A stretch of DNA of 32,000 nucleotides. It comes from Patescibacteria group bacterium (GTDB lineage: Bacteria > Patescibacteriota > Minisyncoccia > UBA6257 > HR35). The position numbers and the translations under genes were made by a program. The stretch is from NCBI GenBank assembly GCA_023480925.1, contig JAMCWY010000019.1, positions 12,268 to 44,267 on the forward strand. Direction: 5' to 3'. Shown here one piece after another: positions 1-9,723 of this stretch; within the stretch, counting starts at the first letter, position 1; every line of letters starts with the position of its first letter. Below the pieces are notes generated by a model. The model did not search any database. It saw nothing but the letters and a program-made list of their open reading frames with translations, and was not told where the DNA came from.

Positions 1-2308
1 TTTTACCGATAAGTTTCTTTGGTTGGTTGACTCGTTTTAACAAGGGCAGATCTTTAACCGTTAAGGTTGAAATTTTGTCGTCAATAGCCAAAAGCTGATC
101 TTCTTTGGAAAGAACTTGACTAAATATAAGTTTACCAATTTTTTCACCCGGTTCAAAAACTTTTATACCAAGGCCGCCGCGACGTTGGAGTTTGATCTCG
201 TCTAAATCAATCTTTTTGACAAAGCCCTGATCGAAAACCAAAACCAGTTCTTTGTTGGTCCGAACGACTAAATCGAAAACTTCATCATCCTTTAATTTAA
301 TCATCTTAACGCCCGCGGCTGATCGCGTCTGACCGGTCAAATCGTCTTTAAAAGAAAGAGCGAAACCGGCTCGCGTCAGCAGAATTAAATCGCCTTGGTT
401 ATAAGTCGCGACCGCGGCAACCTCATCGTTCTTTTTTAACTTGATAATTTGCAAACCGGTTTTCTTTTGAGAGAGACAATCGGCGATGGCGATCTTCTTG
501 CCTAAACCGTTTTTCGTCGCTAAAAATAAAAATCTGTCTGACCGCTCGACTTTAAATGTTTTTAAGATCTGGTCGTTATGATTGAGACTGATTTCCGCTT
601 CAAGATACTTTTGGTTCTGATAAAAGTTATAAATTGGCACTTGGTAAATCCTACCCTTCTTCGTTAAAAGCCAAAGTTTTTCTGTTGTTCGAGCTAAAAT
701 AATCTGGCCAAAATTATCTTTTTCTTTGGTCAACTTTTCCACGGGCGTACCGATTGGAAAAGTTGAAACGTATTCCTTGGCGTCGATAAAAACAAGAACG
801 TCCTCGTCGGCGATCGATTCGGCTTCGGTTTCTTCTTCTAATTTTTCATTGACAATTTCGGTCCGACGCTCATCGCCGTATTTTGTTTTGATTTCTTCAA
901 TTTCTTTTTTTAAAACACCCTCGAGCTTTTTTCGGCTGGCCAAAATTTCTTCCAATTCTTTTTGAAGTTTTAATTTTTCTTTTAGCTCGGTTTCAATTTT
1001 TAGTTTTTCCAAATTGGTTAACGTCCGCAAGGGCATCTCTAAAATACTTTCGGCTTGCCGTTCGGATAAACTTAAATTCTTGATCAATTTCGATTTCGCC
1101 TCGTCTTTATCTTTTGAATTCCGAATTAACCGAATGACCAAATCAATTTTATCTAAGGCTTTTTTAAACCCCTCGAGGAGATGAATTCGATCTTTAACCT
1201 TTTCCAATTCGAATTTCGTCCGACGCGTGATCACTTCTTTCCGGTGATCGAGCCATTCCAACAAAATCGACTTCAAATCGTAAAGTTTCGGTTGAACGCC
1301 GTGTTCAAGCGCGACCAAGTTAATCGAAAAATTTTTTTGGAAATCGGTCAAACGGTAAAGTTTTTCCACCACGGCCGCGGCCTGATTTTCTCGCAACTCG
1401 ATCACGACCCGAACACCCTCCTTGTTCGACTCATCCCGAACATCTTTGATTTGAGGCAAAGTTTTAGCCAAAGAAAGTTCGGCAATTTGGCGAACCAACT
1501 CAGCCTTATTAACCTGATAGGGCAATTCAATCAGAACAACCCGCTCATCCCCGCGTTTGTTTTGTTCAATTTTATATCGACCCCGAATAACAATTCGACC
1601 GCGGCCGGTTTGATAAACTTCGGCCAAACGCTCGCGGTCGTAAATAATTCCGGCTGAAGGAAAATCCGGTCCTTGAATTAATTTCAAAATTTCTTTAAGC
1701 GAACCATTTTGATTGTCAACTAAAAAAGTCAGAGCCGAGCAAACTTCTTTTAAGTTATGAGGCGGAATGTTCGTCGTCATGCCAACGGCGATACCGAGGT
1801 TGCCGTTGACGATTAGATTGGGAATTTTCGCTGGCAGGACCTTTGGTTCCTTTTTAGTGTTATCGTAGTTGGGCATAAAATCAACCGTCTCTTTATCCAA
1901 CTCCGTAATCATCTCTTCGGCAATCTCGGTTAGACGCGCTTCGGTGTAGCGGTAAGCCGCGGCCGGATCGCCGTCAATCGAACCAAAATTGCCCTGGCCG
2001 TCAACGAGCGGGGAACGGAGAGAGAAATCTTGGGCTAAACGAACGAGAGTCTCATAAGTGGCCGCGTCGCCGTGGGGATGATACTTGCCTAAAACATCGC
2101 CGACGATCCGAGCGCACTTCATGTATTTGGCATTATGGTCCAGACCCAACTCTTTCATCACAAACAGAATTCGACGCTGGACCGGTTTGAGGCCGTCGCG
2201 AGCGTCGGGAATAGCCCGGCTGACAATAACGCTTAAAGCGTAATCAAGATAAGAAGTTTTTAATTCGTTTGTGATTTCCGATTGGATAATTTTTTCTTTC
2301 ATCGCCAT
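1..2308 (-). CDS. gyrA: DNA gyrase subunit A (C-terminus cut by window edge)
   Basis: It is absent from the ORF track because it runs off the window. Reverse-strand translation from the ATG at 2308 gives [49 protein letters not shown]...LGKYHPHGD...DGQGNFGS. An internal stretch reads [12 protein letters not shown]. The same frame is still open at position 2. Confidence 0.93.
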   Translation of the reverse strand, partial: MAMKEKIIQSEITNELKTSYLDYALSVIVSRAIPDARDGLKPVQRRILFVMKELGLDHNAKYMKCARIVGDVLGKYHPHGDAATYETLVRLAQDFSLRSPLVDGQGNFGSIDGDPAAAYRYTEARLTEIAEEMITELDKETVDFMPNYDNTKKEPKVLPAKIPNLIVNGNLGIAVGMTTNIPPHNLKEVCSALTFLVDNQNGSLKEILKLIQGPDFPSAGIIYDRERLAEVYQTGRGRIVIRGRYKIEQNKRGDERVVLIELPYQVNKAELVRQIAELSLAKTLPQIKDVRDESNKEGVRVVIELRENQAAAVVEKLYRLTDFQKNFSINLVALEHGVQPKLYDLKSILLEWLDHRKEVITRRTKFELEKVKDRIHLLEGFKKALDKIDLVIRLIRNSKDKDEAKSKLIKNLSLSERQAESILEMPLRTLTNLEKLKIETELKEKLKLQKELEEILASRKKLEGVLKKEIEEIKTKYGDERRTEIVNEKLEEETEAESIADEDVLVFIDAKEYVSTFPIGTPVEKLTKEKDNFGQIILARTTEKLWLLTKKGRIYQVPIYNFYQNQKYLEAEISLNHNDQILKTFKVERSDRFLFLATKNGLGKKIAIADCLSQKKTGLQIIKLKKNDEVAAVATYNQGDLILLTRAGFALSFKDDLTGQTRSAAGVKMIKLKDDEVFDLVVRTNKELVLVFDQGFVKKIDLDEIKLQRRGGLGIKVFEPGEKIGKLIFSQVLSKEDQLLAIDDKISTLTVKDLPLLKRVNQPKKLIGK

Positions 2309-2379
2309 AAATTAAATAATCAAAATTTAATCTCGCTTCAAGTTTTAATCACGACCAAGACGTTACCACAATCGCTTCA

Positions 2380-2589
2380 TTAACGGCCGGAGCCGATACT
2401 TGAAACGATGTTAAAAATATTAGCCATTCCGCTCTTGAGGGCGTTGGCCGTGCCAACAACAATGACCTCAGCCGGTGATGGTTTGGGCGCCAGAAACGGC
2501 AACAAGTCACCGCCCTGAAACCACCAGAGAAAAACAATGATGGCAAAAAGGGCGAGACTGTAACGAAAGGCGGTATATTTGTTTTTCAT
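2380..2589 (-). CDS. small hypothetical membrane-anchored protein (69 aa)
   Basis: ORF with one hydrophobic N-terminal segment (LALFAIIVFLWWF). It sits 10 nt downstream of the preceding minus-strand gene. I recognised no family. Confidence 0.35.
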   Translation of the reverse strand: MKNKYTAFRYSLALFAIIVFLWWFQGGDLLPFLAPKPSPAEVIVVGTANALKSGMANIFNIVSSIGSGR

Positions 2590-2599
2590 TTTTTTTAAC

Positions 2600-3115
2600 T
2601 TAATGCATTAAATAAAATGCCGGCGCGATTTTTTTTGAATTAATTTTAACTTCATTTGTTTTTTCCCGTTTTAAATCCAAAGCCCTGCTTCTGTCGCTAA
2701 AGCCGATCCAAACAAGCGGCTTAAAGTACGATTTAATTTTACTGATCGAACCGGCCGATAGTTCCTTAAAAAGAACGACGTCGATTTTTTCAAACTCGAG
2801 ACTGATTTCTTTTAAAACCGCGTCGCTTATATCGGTCGGGCAATAAAGATAATTTAAACCCTCGTTGTCCCTGATGATGAAAAAAAGTTTTTTCGCTTCG
2901 GCTGATTTCAATTTGGATTGAAGAAAAGCTTGAAAATAAAAATTGCCCGCTTCGTACTGGCCGGTCAAGTTGAAAATCCTGCCATCGTTTATATTTCTTT
3001 CCCAGTCGGTCAGAATGTTCACGCCCGCTTCAACTCTGTTCGGATCGAGATAAACTTTGGCCGTCTTATCATAACTCAGGACAAATTTATTTTCGGGAGT
3101 TTTTTTAATTATCAT
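2600..3115 (-). CDS. hypothetical protein (171 aa from the ATG at 3115)
   Basis: The track ORF 2600..3154 starts at a TTG. A TGTTATAAT extended -10 (3138-3146, minus) lies inside that extension, so the ATG at 3115 is the more likely start. No recognisable motifs. Confidence 0.5.
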   Translation of the reverse strand: MIIKKTPENKFVLSYDKTAKVYLDPNRVEAGVNILTDWERNINDGRIFNLTGQYEAGNFYFQAFLQSKLKSAEAKKLFFIIRDNEGLNYLYCPTDISDAVLKEISLEFEKIDVVLFKELSAGSISKIKSYFKPLVWIGFSDRSRALDLKREKTNEVKINSKKIAPAFYLMH

Positions 3116-3302
3116 CTTGCCTTGATTGATTTTTAATATTATAACATAAATCAACTCTTGGTCGAATGAGACGAAACAGCCGTGGTCAAAACGGCTCGCC
3201 CGAACCGTTTATTGCCAGTTTAAGTTTGTTTCCAAAAAATAAATAAAAACAACGCGTCTTTCCGCGAACTGATTCAAATAGATTCGTTTACAATAGAAGT
3301 TA

Positions 3303-4010
3303 ATGGAGATAATTCCGATCAAGACAAGAATTTTCAAAGAAAGCGACGATTTGTTCGGTTTTCTCCGCGCCAATCTTCCGTTATTGAAATCGGGCGATAT
3401 CGTTGTCGTGACTTCAAAAATCGTGGCCCTGGCCCAAGGCCGAACCGTCCTATTTTCGCCTAAAGAAAAATATAAGTGGATAAAAAAAGAAAGCGACCAA
3501 ATTATTAAAACACCCTGGGCTTATCTGACTCTCAGAGAAAAACGTTGGTGCGTTAGCGCCGGTATCGATGAATCTAACGGCCGGGGCCGATTAATTTTTT
3601 TACCCAATGCCCCATTTAGCGTGGCCAAAAATCTTCAAAAGAAATTAAAAAAATTTTATGGCCTAAAAAAAATCGGCGTTCTGATCACGGACACTCGGAG
3701 CACGCCCTTGCGGGCGGGGGTGATCGGTTCAACTCTGGCCTACTTTGGTTTCTCGCCCATGAAAGACTACGTTGGTAAAAAAGATTTATTTGGCAGAAAG
3801 TTTAAATTTGTCAAAAGTAATATTGTTGATGCCTTAGCCGCGGCGGCGGGCGTAACGATGGGCGAAGGAGCGGAACGAAAACCAATTGCCGTTATCCGAA
3901 ATGCCAATGTTTATTTTACTCAAAAAAAACAATCTTTGGCAAAAGTTTTGATTAGACCCGAAAAAGATCTCTACCGATTTATTTACCGCCGAATTCGATC
4001 AACATCTTAA
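3303..4010 (+). CDS. CofE/FbiB-like gamma-glutamyl ligase family protein (F420-0:L-glutamate ligase fold)
   Basis: Motifs LKSGDIVVVTSKIVALAQGR, SAGIDESNG and VLITDTRSTPLRAGVIG are typical of the F420_ligase (CofE) family. Confidence 0.7.
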   Translation: MEIIPIKTRIFKESDDLFGFLRANLPLLKSGDIVVVTSKIVALAQGRTVLFSPKEKYKWIKKESDQIIKTPWAYLTLREKRWCVSAGIDESNGRGRLIFLPNAPFSVAKNLQKKLKKFYGLKKIGVLITDTRSTPLRAGVIGSTLAYFGFSPMKDYVGKKDLFGRKFKFVKSNIVDALAAAAGVTMGEGAERKPIAVIRNANVYFTQKKQSLAKVLIRPEKDLYRFIYRRIRSTS

Positions 4011-4065
4011 TCAGCCGTATTATTTTCGTCCAATCAATAAAATCCTATTTTAAAAAAGAAAAACA

Positions 4066-5061
4066 ATGAAACCGTGTTTCGTCAGCCCGTTGATCCAAAC
4101 AGTTGGCCGCGAGTTAGGAATTGAGGTCCGGTTGGAACCGAAGTATGGCTATGCCGGACAGTTAATTTTGCCGAACGGCCAAAAACGTTATTTCCGCAAC
4201 AATAGTTTCGATATCAATCTCCTGGGCGCTTCGGAAATTGCGAAAGACAAAATGTACGCGGCCTCCTTCCTCGCCAAGATGAACTACCCCGTCCCTGAAG
4301 GCGAAGAGTTTTTTTCCGACGCGTGGTGCGAAACTATCGCAAGTAAACGAGAGGCGCGAGCGGCCTATCGCTACGCCCAGTCAATTGGATTTCCCGTTAT
4401 AATTAAACCAAACAACAAAAGTCAAGGCGAAGGTGTTTTTAAAGTTGCGGGCAAAATTGATTTTTTCCGCTCGGTTGAAACAATCACTGCTTCCGACCGC
4501 GTCTTTTTAGTCCAACGGATAGTTGAAGGCGACGATTTTCGTTTCGTTGTTTTGGATCAAGAAGTTCTCGCCGCTTACCAAAGGATTCCACTTTCGGTCA
4601 CTGGCGATGGCCAATCTTCAATCCTGACACTATTGAAACAAAAACAAAAATCTTTTGATCGGTTAAAACGTTTTATTCGAATCTCGTTTGCCGACAATCG
4701 AATTACAAATCAGTTGAAACAATTAAAACTAACGCTCGATTCTATTTTGGGGATGGGTCAAATAATTCAGGTCCTGCCAATAGCCAATCTTTCTCTGGGC
4801 GGCGAGGCGATCGATCTGAGTGAAAAAATTCATCCCGATTGGAAACGTTTGGCTATTGAGATTACTCGGGCGATGGGACTACGTTTCTGCGGTTTAGACT
4901 TTATTATTCAAGGCAAAATTTGGGCTCAACCTTTTTCGTACGTGATTTTAGAATTAAATCCTTCACCCGGCCTTGAACACTTCGCCTCTTTGGGCAAAAA
5001 ACAGCGCGAGCGAGTTAAGATTATTTATCGAAAATTATTAGAAACGTTCTTGGAGAATTAA
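4066..5061 (+). CDS. ATP-grasp ligase (RimK / glutathione-synthetase / cyanophycin-synthetase-like)
   Basis: FPVIIKPNNKSQGEGVFKV and ILELNPSPGLEH resemble ATP-grasp nucleotide-binding and catalytic segments. It lies 55 nt downstream of the CofE-like gene. Confidence 0.65.
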   Translation: MKPCFVSPLIQTVGRELGIEVRLEPKYGYAGQLILPNGQKRYFRNNSFDINLLGASEIAKDKMYAASFLAKMNYPVPEGEEFFSDAWCETIASKREARAAYRYAQSIGFPVIIKPNNKSQGEGVFKVAGKIDFFRSVETITASDRVFLVQRIVEGDDFRFVVLDQEVLAAYQRIPLSVTGDGQSSILTLLKQKQKSFDRLKRFIRISFADNRITNQLKQLKLTLDSILGMGQIIQVLPIANLSLGGEAIDLSEKIHPDWKRLAIEITRAMGLRFCGLDFIIQGKIWAQPFSYVILELNPSPGLEHFASLGKKQRERVKIIYRKLLETFLEN

Positions 5062-5355
5062 GATAGGCTTTCGCCAACAGATTTATTTTTTGCCAATTTT
5101 TTTATTAACGATTTAAATTCACAACCGGGAAAGAATATATTTTTGGAAAACCGGCTTTCGCCACCCCTCATTATATGAATCGGAAAAATTCAAGTCAAAT
5201 TTTTGCCGCGTTGTCTTTGTCAATTTTCAGTTAAATATTTTCTAAATAAACCATATTAATGATAAAATGAAAAATCAAGCCAAAATAGAAAATTTCGACT
5301 CGAGCGCCAGCGCGAATTTTTTCGTTTCAGTTTAACCACCACCGTGGCGGAATTA

Positions 5356-5364
5356 TGTTATAAT
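5356..5364 (+). promoter_or_regulatory. extended -10 promoter TGTTATAAT, 8 nt before the S1 ATG (leaderless-type)
   Basis: TG at 5356-5357 and TATAAT at 5359-5364. The ATG is at 5373 and there is no Shine-Dalgarno sequence. Confidence 0.55.
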
Positions 5365-5372
5365 GTCAAATA

Positions 5373-6422
5373 ATGAATAGCATCATTAAAACTAGCCCGG
5401 AATTTAATTTAAATATATCCCGCGGCTTAAAAAAAATCACGATCGGATCGCTTATGAACGGTTTTGTTTTGGCGAAACGACCGAAAGAACTTTTAGTTGA
5501 CTTAAAAAATCTTGGTTTAGCCAGAATCTATGGTCAAGAATATAACCGGGCCAAAAGTCTCATTAACAAAATCAATCCGGGCGACGAAGTTATCGTTAAA
5601 ATCACAAAATTCGACGACGGCTACGGCAATTACGAAGGCTCCCTTCAAGACATTCAAGAAATCAACCAGTGGCAAAAAATCAAAAACTTTCTTAAAACCA
5701 AAAAAGTTCTTGAACTCAAAGTTATCGACGCGAACAAGGGCGGCTTGATCGTCGAAGTCGAAGGGGTTAAAGGTTTTGTTCCAGTTTCCCAGCTTTCGCC
5801 CGAACACTATCCCAGAATTTCAAACAACAACAAACAGGTGATTTTGAATCATTTAAAGAACTTCGTCGGTCAAAGTTTTCCTTTTCGGATTATTAACGCC
5901 GAACCAAGCAACCAAAAATTAATCTTATCCGAACGGTCGGCCTTGGAAGAAACTTCGGCTCAAGCGATCAACCAGTTTAACGTTGGTCAAATTGTCGACG
6001 TTAAAATTGTCGGCTTGGGCAAATTTGGCATCTTTGTCCGCTTTAACGACAACCCGCCCTTGGACGGCCTCGTCCACATCAGCGAGATACCGGAGAAAGA
6101 ACAGGAGTTGGAAACAAGGTTTGAAATCGGCAACAGTTTTAAGGCCAAAATCATCAAGATTGAAGGCGACCGGGCGAACTTCAGCCTAAAAGACTTAAAC
6201 GAAGATCCATGGTTAATATTTTCAAAAGATCACCAGGTCGGCTCAATCATCAAAGGCCGGGTCAGCCAAAAAACAAACGACATTTTCGCCACAGTTGACA
6301 TTGACAAGATCAAAGGCGCGATTTTTGAAAACCTGGACAAGATCAAAGAAAACGAAGATTACGAATTCAAAATCGAAGATTTAAACATTAAGGAAAAAAA
6401 ACTAATTTTAAAGTTGATTTAA
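5373..6422 (+). CDS. rpsA: S1 RNA-binding domain repeat protein (ribosomal protein S1-like)
   Basis: Repeated S1/OB modules, e.g. GGLIVEVEGVKGFVPVSQLS, GQIVDVKIVGLGKFGIFVRF...GLVHISEI and GSIIKGRVSQ. Confidence 0.75.
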   Translation: MNSIIKTSPEFNLNISRGLKKITIGSLMNGFVLAKRPKELLVDLKNLGLARIYGQEYNRAKSLINKINPGDEVIVKITKFDDGYGNYEGSLQDIQEINQWQKIKNFLKTKKVLELKVIDANKGGLIVEVEGVKGFVPVSQLSPEHYPRISNNNKQVILNHLKNFVGQSFPFRIINAEPSNQKLILSERSALEETSAQAINQFNVGQIVDVKIVGLGKFGIFVRFNDNPPLDGLVHISEIPEKEQELETRFEIGNSFKAKIIKIEGDRANFSLKDLNEDPWLIFSKDHQVGSIIKGRVSQKTNDIFATVDIDKIKGAIFENLDKIKENEDYEFKIEDLNIKEKKLILKLI

Positions 6423-6474
6423 GTTTAATTTAGCCCGGCCTGATTAAAATTGATCTAAGATTTAAAAATTTTTT

Positions 6475-8325
6475 ATGAAAAAAGGTTTATTATATATAAC
6501 CGTAACCGTTTTAATTATTGTCATCGTCGGCTTGGTTTTTACTTCGCTCAAAAATCACTTGGTTCAAAATGTTTCAATTTATGATGTCGTTAATTTAATC
6601 AAGACCGGCCAAGTTAAAAAAGTCTATGTCAGCTCAAACCAAATCCTGGTCCAACTAACCAACAACAGTCTTGTCAGCGCCGCCAAGGAGAGCCAAGTTT
6701 CTTTCTGGCAAATCGTCAAAGACTCAAAAATTCCTTCGACTCAGTTGGAAAATATCAAAATTCAAATTCAAGACACAAGCTATAGCGCTTTAATTCTTGG
6801 TTTTCTTTTTAATGTTTTGCCCTTTATCGTCATCGGCTGGCTCTTTTGGCGATTTTTTGTCCAAGCTCAAAAAGGCGCGGGCCAAATTTTTTCTTTTTCC
6901 AAATCTGGCGTCCGGATTTATAATCCCCAAAAAGATCGCATCACCTTTAAAGACATCGCCGGTTTAGTTGAAGCAAAAGAAGAGGTTCAAGAAATTATCG
7001 AATTCTTGAAAAACCAAGACCGTTTCGTCCGGCTTGGCGCTCAAATACCCAAAGGCGTCTTGCTTGTTGGCCCGCCCGGCAGCGGTAAAACTTTATTGGC
7101 CCGGGCGGTCGCTTGCGAAAGCAACGTTCCCTTTCTTCATATCTCCGGCTCGGAATTCGTCGAGATGTTCGTCGGCGTTGGCGCCGGCCGAGTCCGCGAC
7201 ACGTTCGCAATGGCGAAAAAATTAGCGCCGTCGATTCTTTTCGTTGACGAACTCGATGCCGTTGGCCGAGCCCGCGGCGTTGGTTTAGGCGGCACTCACG
7301 AAGAACGCGAGCAAACCTTAAACCAAATCTTGGTTGAGATGGACGGTTTGGAAAAAAATTCCGGCGTGATCGTTCTTTCTGCCACCAACCGACCAGACGT
7401 GCTTGATCAAGCTTTGCTCCGACCGGGCCGATTTGACCGAAAAATCGTTCTCGACCTGCCCGACATCAAAGGCCGAGAGGATATCTTAACAATCCATCTG
7501 CGCGATAAAAAAATCGGCAAAATTAATCTGCGCCAAGTGGCCGAGCGCACGCCCGGCTTTACCGGCGCCGATCTGGCCAATCTCGCCAACGAAGCAGCGA
7601 TCTTGGCCGCGCGAAAAAATAAAACCGAAATTGATCAAATTGAACTTTTGGAATCAATCGAAAAAGTTATTCTTGGGCCGGAACGCAAATCAAAAGTTTT
7701 TTCCAAAAAAGAAAAAGAGCTGGCGGCTTACCATGAATCCGGCCACGCCATTGTCGCTCATTATCTCGTCGGAGCCGCCCCCGTCCAAAAAATTTCAATT
7801 ATCAGCCGAGGCCAGGCGGGTGGCTATACAATCAAAGCGCCGTTCGAAGAAAAAAATTTCCACTTTAAAAAGGAATTTTTTGACGAACTGGCGGTTATGC
7901 TTGGTGGTTACGCCGCTGAACTAACTCAGTTCAACGATATTTCAACTGGGGCCGCGAGCGACCTTCAAATCGCGACCGATCTGACCCACCAACTTATCAC
8001 TCGCTACGGCATGTCCGAAACATTCGGACCGATGGCTTTGGGCAAAATCCAAGAACTTAATTATTTAAGCCGAGACGCGATCGTTGAAAAAGATTACTCG
8101 GAAAAAAGCGCTGAGCTAATCGACCTGGAAACGAAGCAAATTTTAGACAACGCCCTGAACCAAGCTAAAAATGTTATTCAAAATAAAATCGATAAATTTA
8201 AAAAACTCGCTTCGTATTTGATTAAAAAAGAAACGATCGAAAAAAAACAATTTGAAAAGTTAATCGGCGACAAAAAAGGTTCTTTTTCGACCGAGCCAAC
8301 GCTCGCGCCGAGACCAAACGTTTAA
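6475..8325 (+). CDS. ftsH: ATP-dependent zinc metalloprotease FtsH
   Basis: N-terminal TM segments, Walker [12 protein letters not shown]+ core ([19 protein letters not shown]) and the zinc site HESGHA. Confidence 0.96.
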   Translation: MKKGLLYITVTVLIIVIVGLVFTSLKNHLVQNVSIYDVVNLIKTGQVKKVYVSSNQILVQLTNNSLVSAAKESQVSFWQIVKDSKIPSTQLENIKIQIQDTSYSALILGFLFNVLPFIVIGWLFWRFFVQAQKGAGQIFSFSKSGVRIYNPQKDRITFKDIAGLVEAKEEVQEIIEFLKNQDRFVRLGAQIPKGVLLVGPPGSGKTLLARAVACESNVPFLHISGSEFVEMFVGVGAGRVRDTFAMAKKLAPSILFVDELDAVGRARGVGLGGTHEEREQTLNQILVEMDGLEKNSGVIVLSATNRPDVLDQALLRPGRFDRKIVLDLPDIKGREDILTIHLRDKKIGKINLRQVAERTPGFTGADLANLANEAAILAARKNKTEIDQIELLESIEKVILGPERKSKVFSKKEKELAAYHESGHAIVAHYLVGAAPVQKISIISRGQAGGYTIKAPFEEKNFHFKKEFFDELAVMLGGYAAELTQFNDISTGAASDLQIATDLTHQLITRYGMSETFGPMALGKIQELNYLSRDAIVEKDYSEKSAELIDLETKQILDNALNQAKNVIQNKIDKFKKLASYLIKKETIEKKQFEKLIGDKKGSFSTEPTLAPRPNV

Positions 8326-8554
8326 CTTTTCCGCCGCGTTCGACTCAAACTTATTTTTATCTTCCGAATCTCCGCGTGCGGGTAAGCGTGGACGGTCAGA
8401 TTGAAACATTCGAACGAGGCGATTGGCCGGCGGCTAAAAAAGTTTAACCAAAAAATCAATCCAAGCCAAAAACTCCAAACCTGAAATTTACCGGCACCGG
8501 CCGGCTGACGTTAAATTGATAATAAAAATTAAGGCCGAGATTGAAATTTTGGTT

Positions 8555-9307
8555 TTATAATTTTATTTCTTTGCTCTTTTTCCCCCGCCAAAACTGAATT
8601 TTTTTATGATCGCCGGAAAGCAGAACCTTTGGCACCTTTAGCTCCTTGCCCTTGATTTTAAAAATTCTCGGTTTGGTCAAAACCGGCCAACTGGTCAACT
8701 TGCCCCCGCCTCTTTTTTCTTCAAGCGAATCGGGGTTATGCAAAAATCCGGGCAGATGACGGGAGACGCTATCAATAATCGCCATCGCCGCGATCTCGCC
8801 GCCGCTGAGAACATAAGGGCCAAGTGAAATTTCCATATCGATAAATTTTTTGATCCTTTCGTCTACGCCTTCATAATGACCGCAAATAATAATAAGTTGT
8901 TTTTCCAAACTTAACTTGTTAATCAATTTTTGGTTCAATTGTTGACCAGCCAAACTGGTTAAAATCACAAGTTTTTTTCTTTTGGGCGCGATCTTTTTCG
9001 CCTGAGTCAAAGCCCGATAAAGCGGTTCAACCTTTAAAACCATGCCTGGACCGCCGCCAAAAGGCCGATCGTCAATCGTCTTGCGCGCGTCTTGAGTAAA
9101 ATCGCGCAAAGACCAAATTTTAATCCGGATCAAACCGCGTTTAACCGCTCGCCCGATCAAAGAAGTTTTAAGATAATCAAAACTTTCGGGCAGGGCGGTG
9201 ATTATATCAAAACAAAATAAAGGCTTCGCCGATGAAGCCTTTATTTTCTTGATTGCTTTCTTGGTTTTAGTTATTTTTGAGATCTTCGATAATCTTTTCG
9301 CCATCAA
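8555..9307 (-). CDS. trmD: tRNA (guanine37-N1)-methyltransferase TrmD with a Lys-rich N-terminal extension
   Basis: FDIITALPESF...GRAVKRGLIRIKIWSLRDF...DDRPFGGGPGMVLKVEP...ICGHYEGVDERI aligns with TrmD. There is no canonical in-frame start downstream of the ATGATG at 9307. Confidence 0.88.
   Translation of the reverse strand: MMAKRLSKISKITKTKKAIKKIKASSAKPLFCFDIITALPESFDYLKTSLIGRAVKRGLIRIKIWSLRDFTQDARKTIDDRPFGGGPGMVLKVEPLYRALTQAKKIAPKRKKLVILTSLAGQQLNQKLINKLSLEKQLIIICGHYEGVDERIKKFIDMEISLGPYVLSGGEIAAMAIIDSVSRHLPGFLHNPDSLEEKRGGGKLTSWPVLTKPRIFKIKGKELKVPKVLLSGDHKKIQFWRGKKSKEIKL
9214..9247 (-). terminator. perfect 14-bp palindrome with a T-run, terminator-like, inside the trmD 5' extension
   Basis: AAAATAAAGGCTTC (9214-9227), a 6-nt loop, then GAAGCCTTTATTTT (9234-9247). 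On the minus strand it is followed by GTTTT. It lies 20 nt after the KH gene stop. Confidence 0.45.
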
Positions 9308-9578
9308 CTTTGGCCCGACTCAGGGCGGAAGGCTCTTCTAATTTAATATTGATTCGAGCGTGAGATTTTAAACCAATCGCCTTCATCACCATCTTTAAAG
9401 CTTTAATCAGTTCGCCGTTGCGACCAATGATCAAACCCATATCTTGAGGATTGGCCTTGACTCGCAACAACACGCCCATCTCGTCCAAACTCCGACTGAT
9501 TTTTAGATCTTCGGGGTGAGTAACCATATTTTTTAAAACTTTATCAAGAACTTCAACGTACTCGGTTTTATCGATCAT
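9267..9578 (-). CDS. KH-domain RNA-binding protein (YlqC/UPF0109-like)
   Basis: GLIIGRNGELIKALKMV is a KH GXXG-type motif. The size and the position upstream of trmD match the conserved rpsP-KH-rimM-trmD neighbourhood. Confidence 0.8.
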   Translation of the reverse strand: MIDKTEYVEVLDKVLKNMVTHPEDLKISRSLDEMGVLLRVKANPQDMGLIIGRNGELIKALKMVMKAIGLKSHARINIKLEEPSALSRAKVDGEKIIEDLKNN

Positions 9579-9680
9579 TTTTTCCTCTAACCTTCGGCCG
9601 AATTAAAACCGGACGAAGATTTAATCATTCAATTCACGACCAAACTTTTAAAGTTCGCTAATGACTAAACCACTATTAAA

Positions 9681-9689
9681 ATTATACCA
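9681..9689 (-). promoter_or_regulatory. extended -10 promoter (TGgTATAAT) for the KH-trmD unit
   Basis: The minus strand reads GTTGTGGTATAATTTT. It is followed by a roughly 100-nt leader containing a hairpin (CTTCGtCCG...CGGcCGAAG) and a GAGG site 6 nt before the ATG. Confidence 0.45.
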
Positions 9690-9723
9690 CAACTTTAGCT
9701 TAAACCAAACTGAGACAACCGAC

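Noticed and set aside
726-1657. Plus-strand ORFs 726-965 and 1181-1657, and similar opposite-strand or out-of-frame ORFs inside ftsH, dnaK, ppsA, xseA, the pilin gene and others.
   Set aside because: They lie entirely within well-supported genes on the other strand or in another frame, and they have low-complexity or Arg/Ser-rich composition typical of shadow ORFs.
2349-2546. An alternative 65-aa ORF overlapping the 2380-2589 ORF.
   Set aside because: It is on the same strand in a different frame and has an Arg/Cys/Trp-rich composition. The 2380-2589 frame has a plausible membrane anchor, although that ORF is itself low confidence.
8326-8554. The 229-bp convergent ftsH/trmD spacer as a possible tRNA or small RNA locus.
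   Set aside because: I could not fold a cloverleaf and found no SRP, 6S or tmRNA signature. It contains only short GC palindromes such as CCGGCCGG. It is left unannotated.
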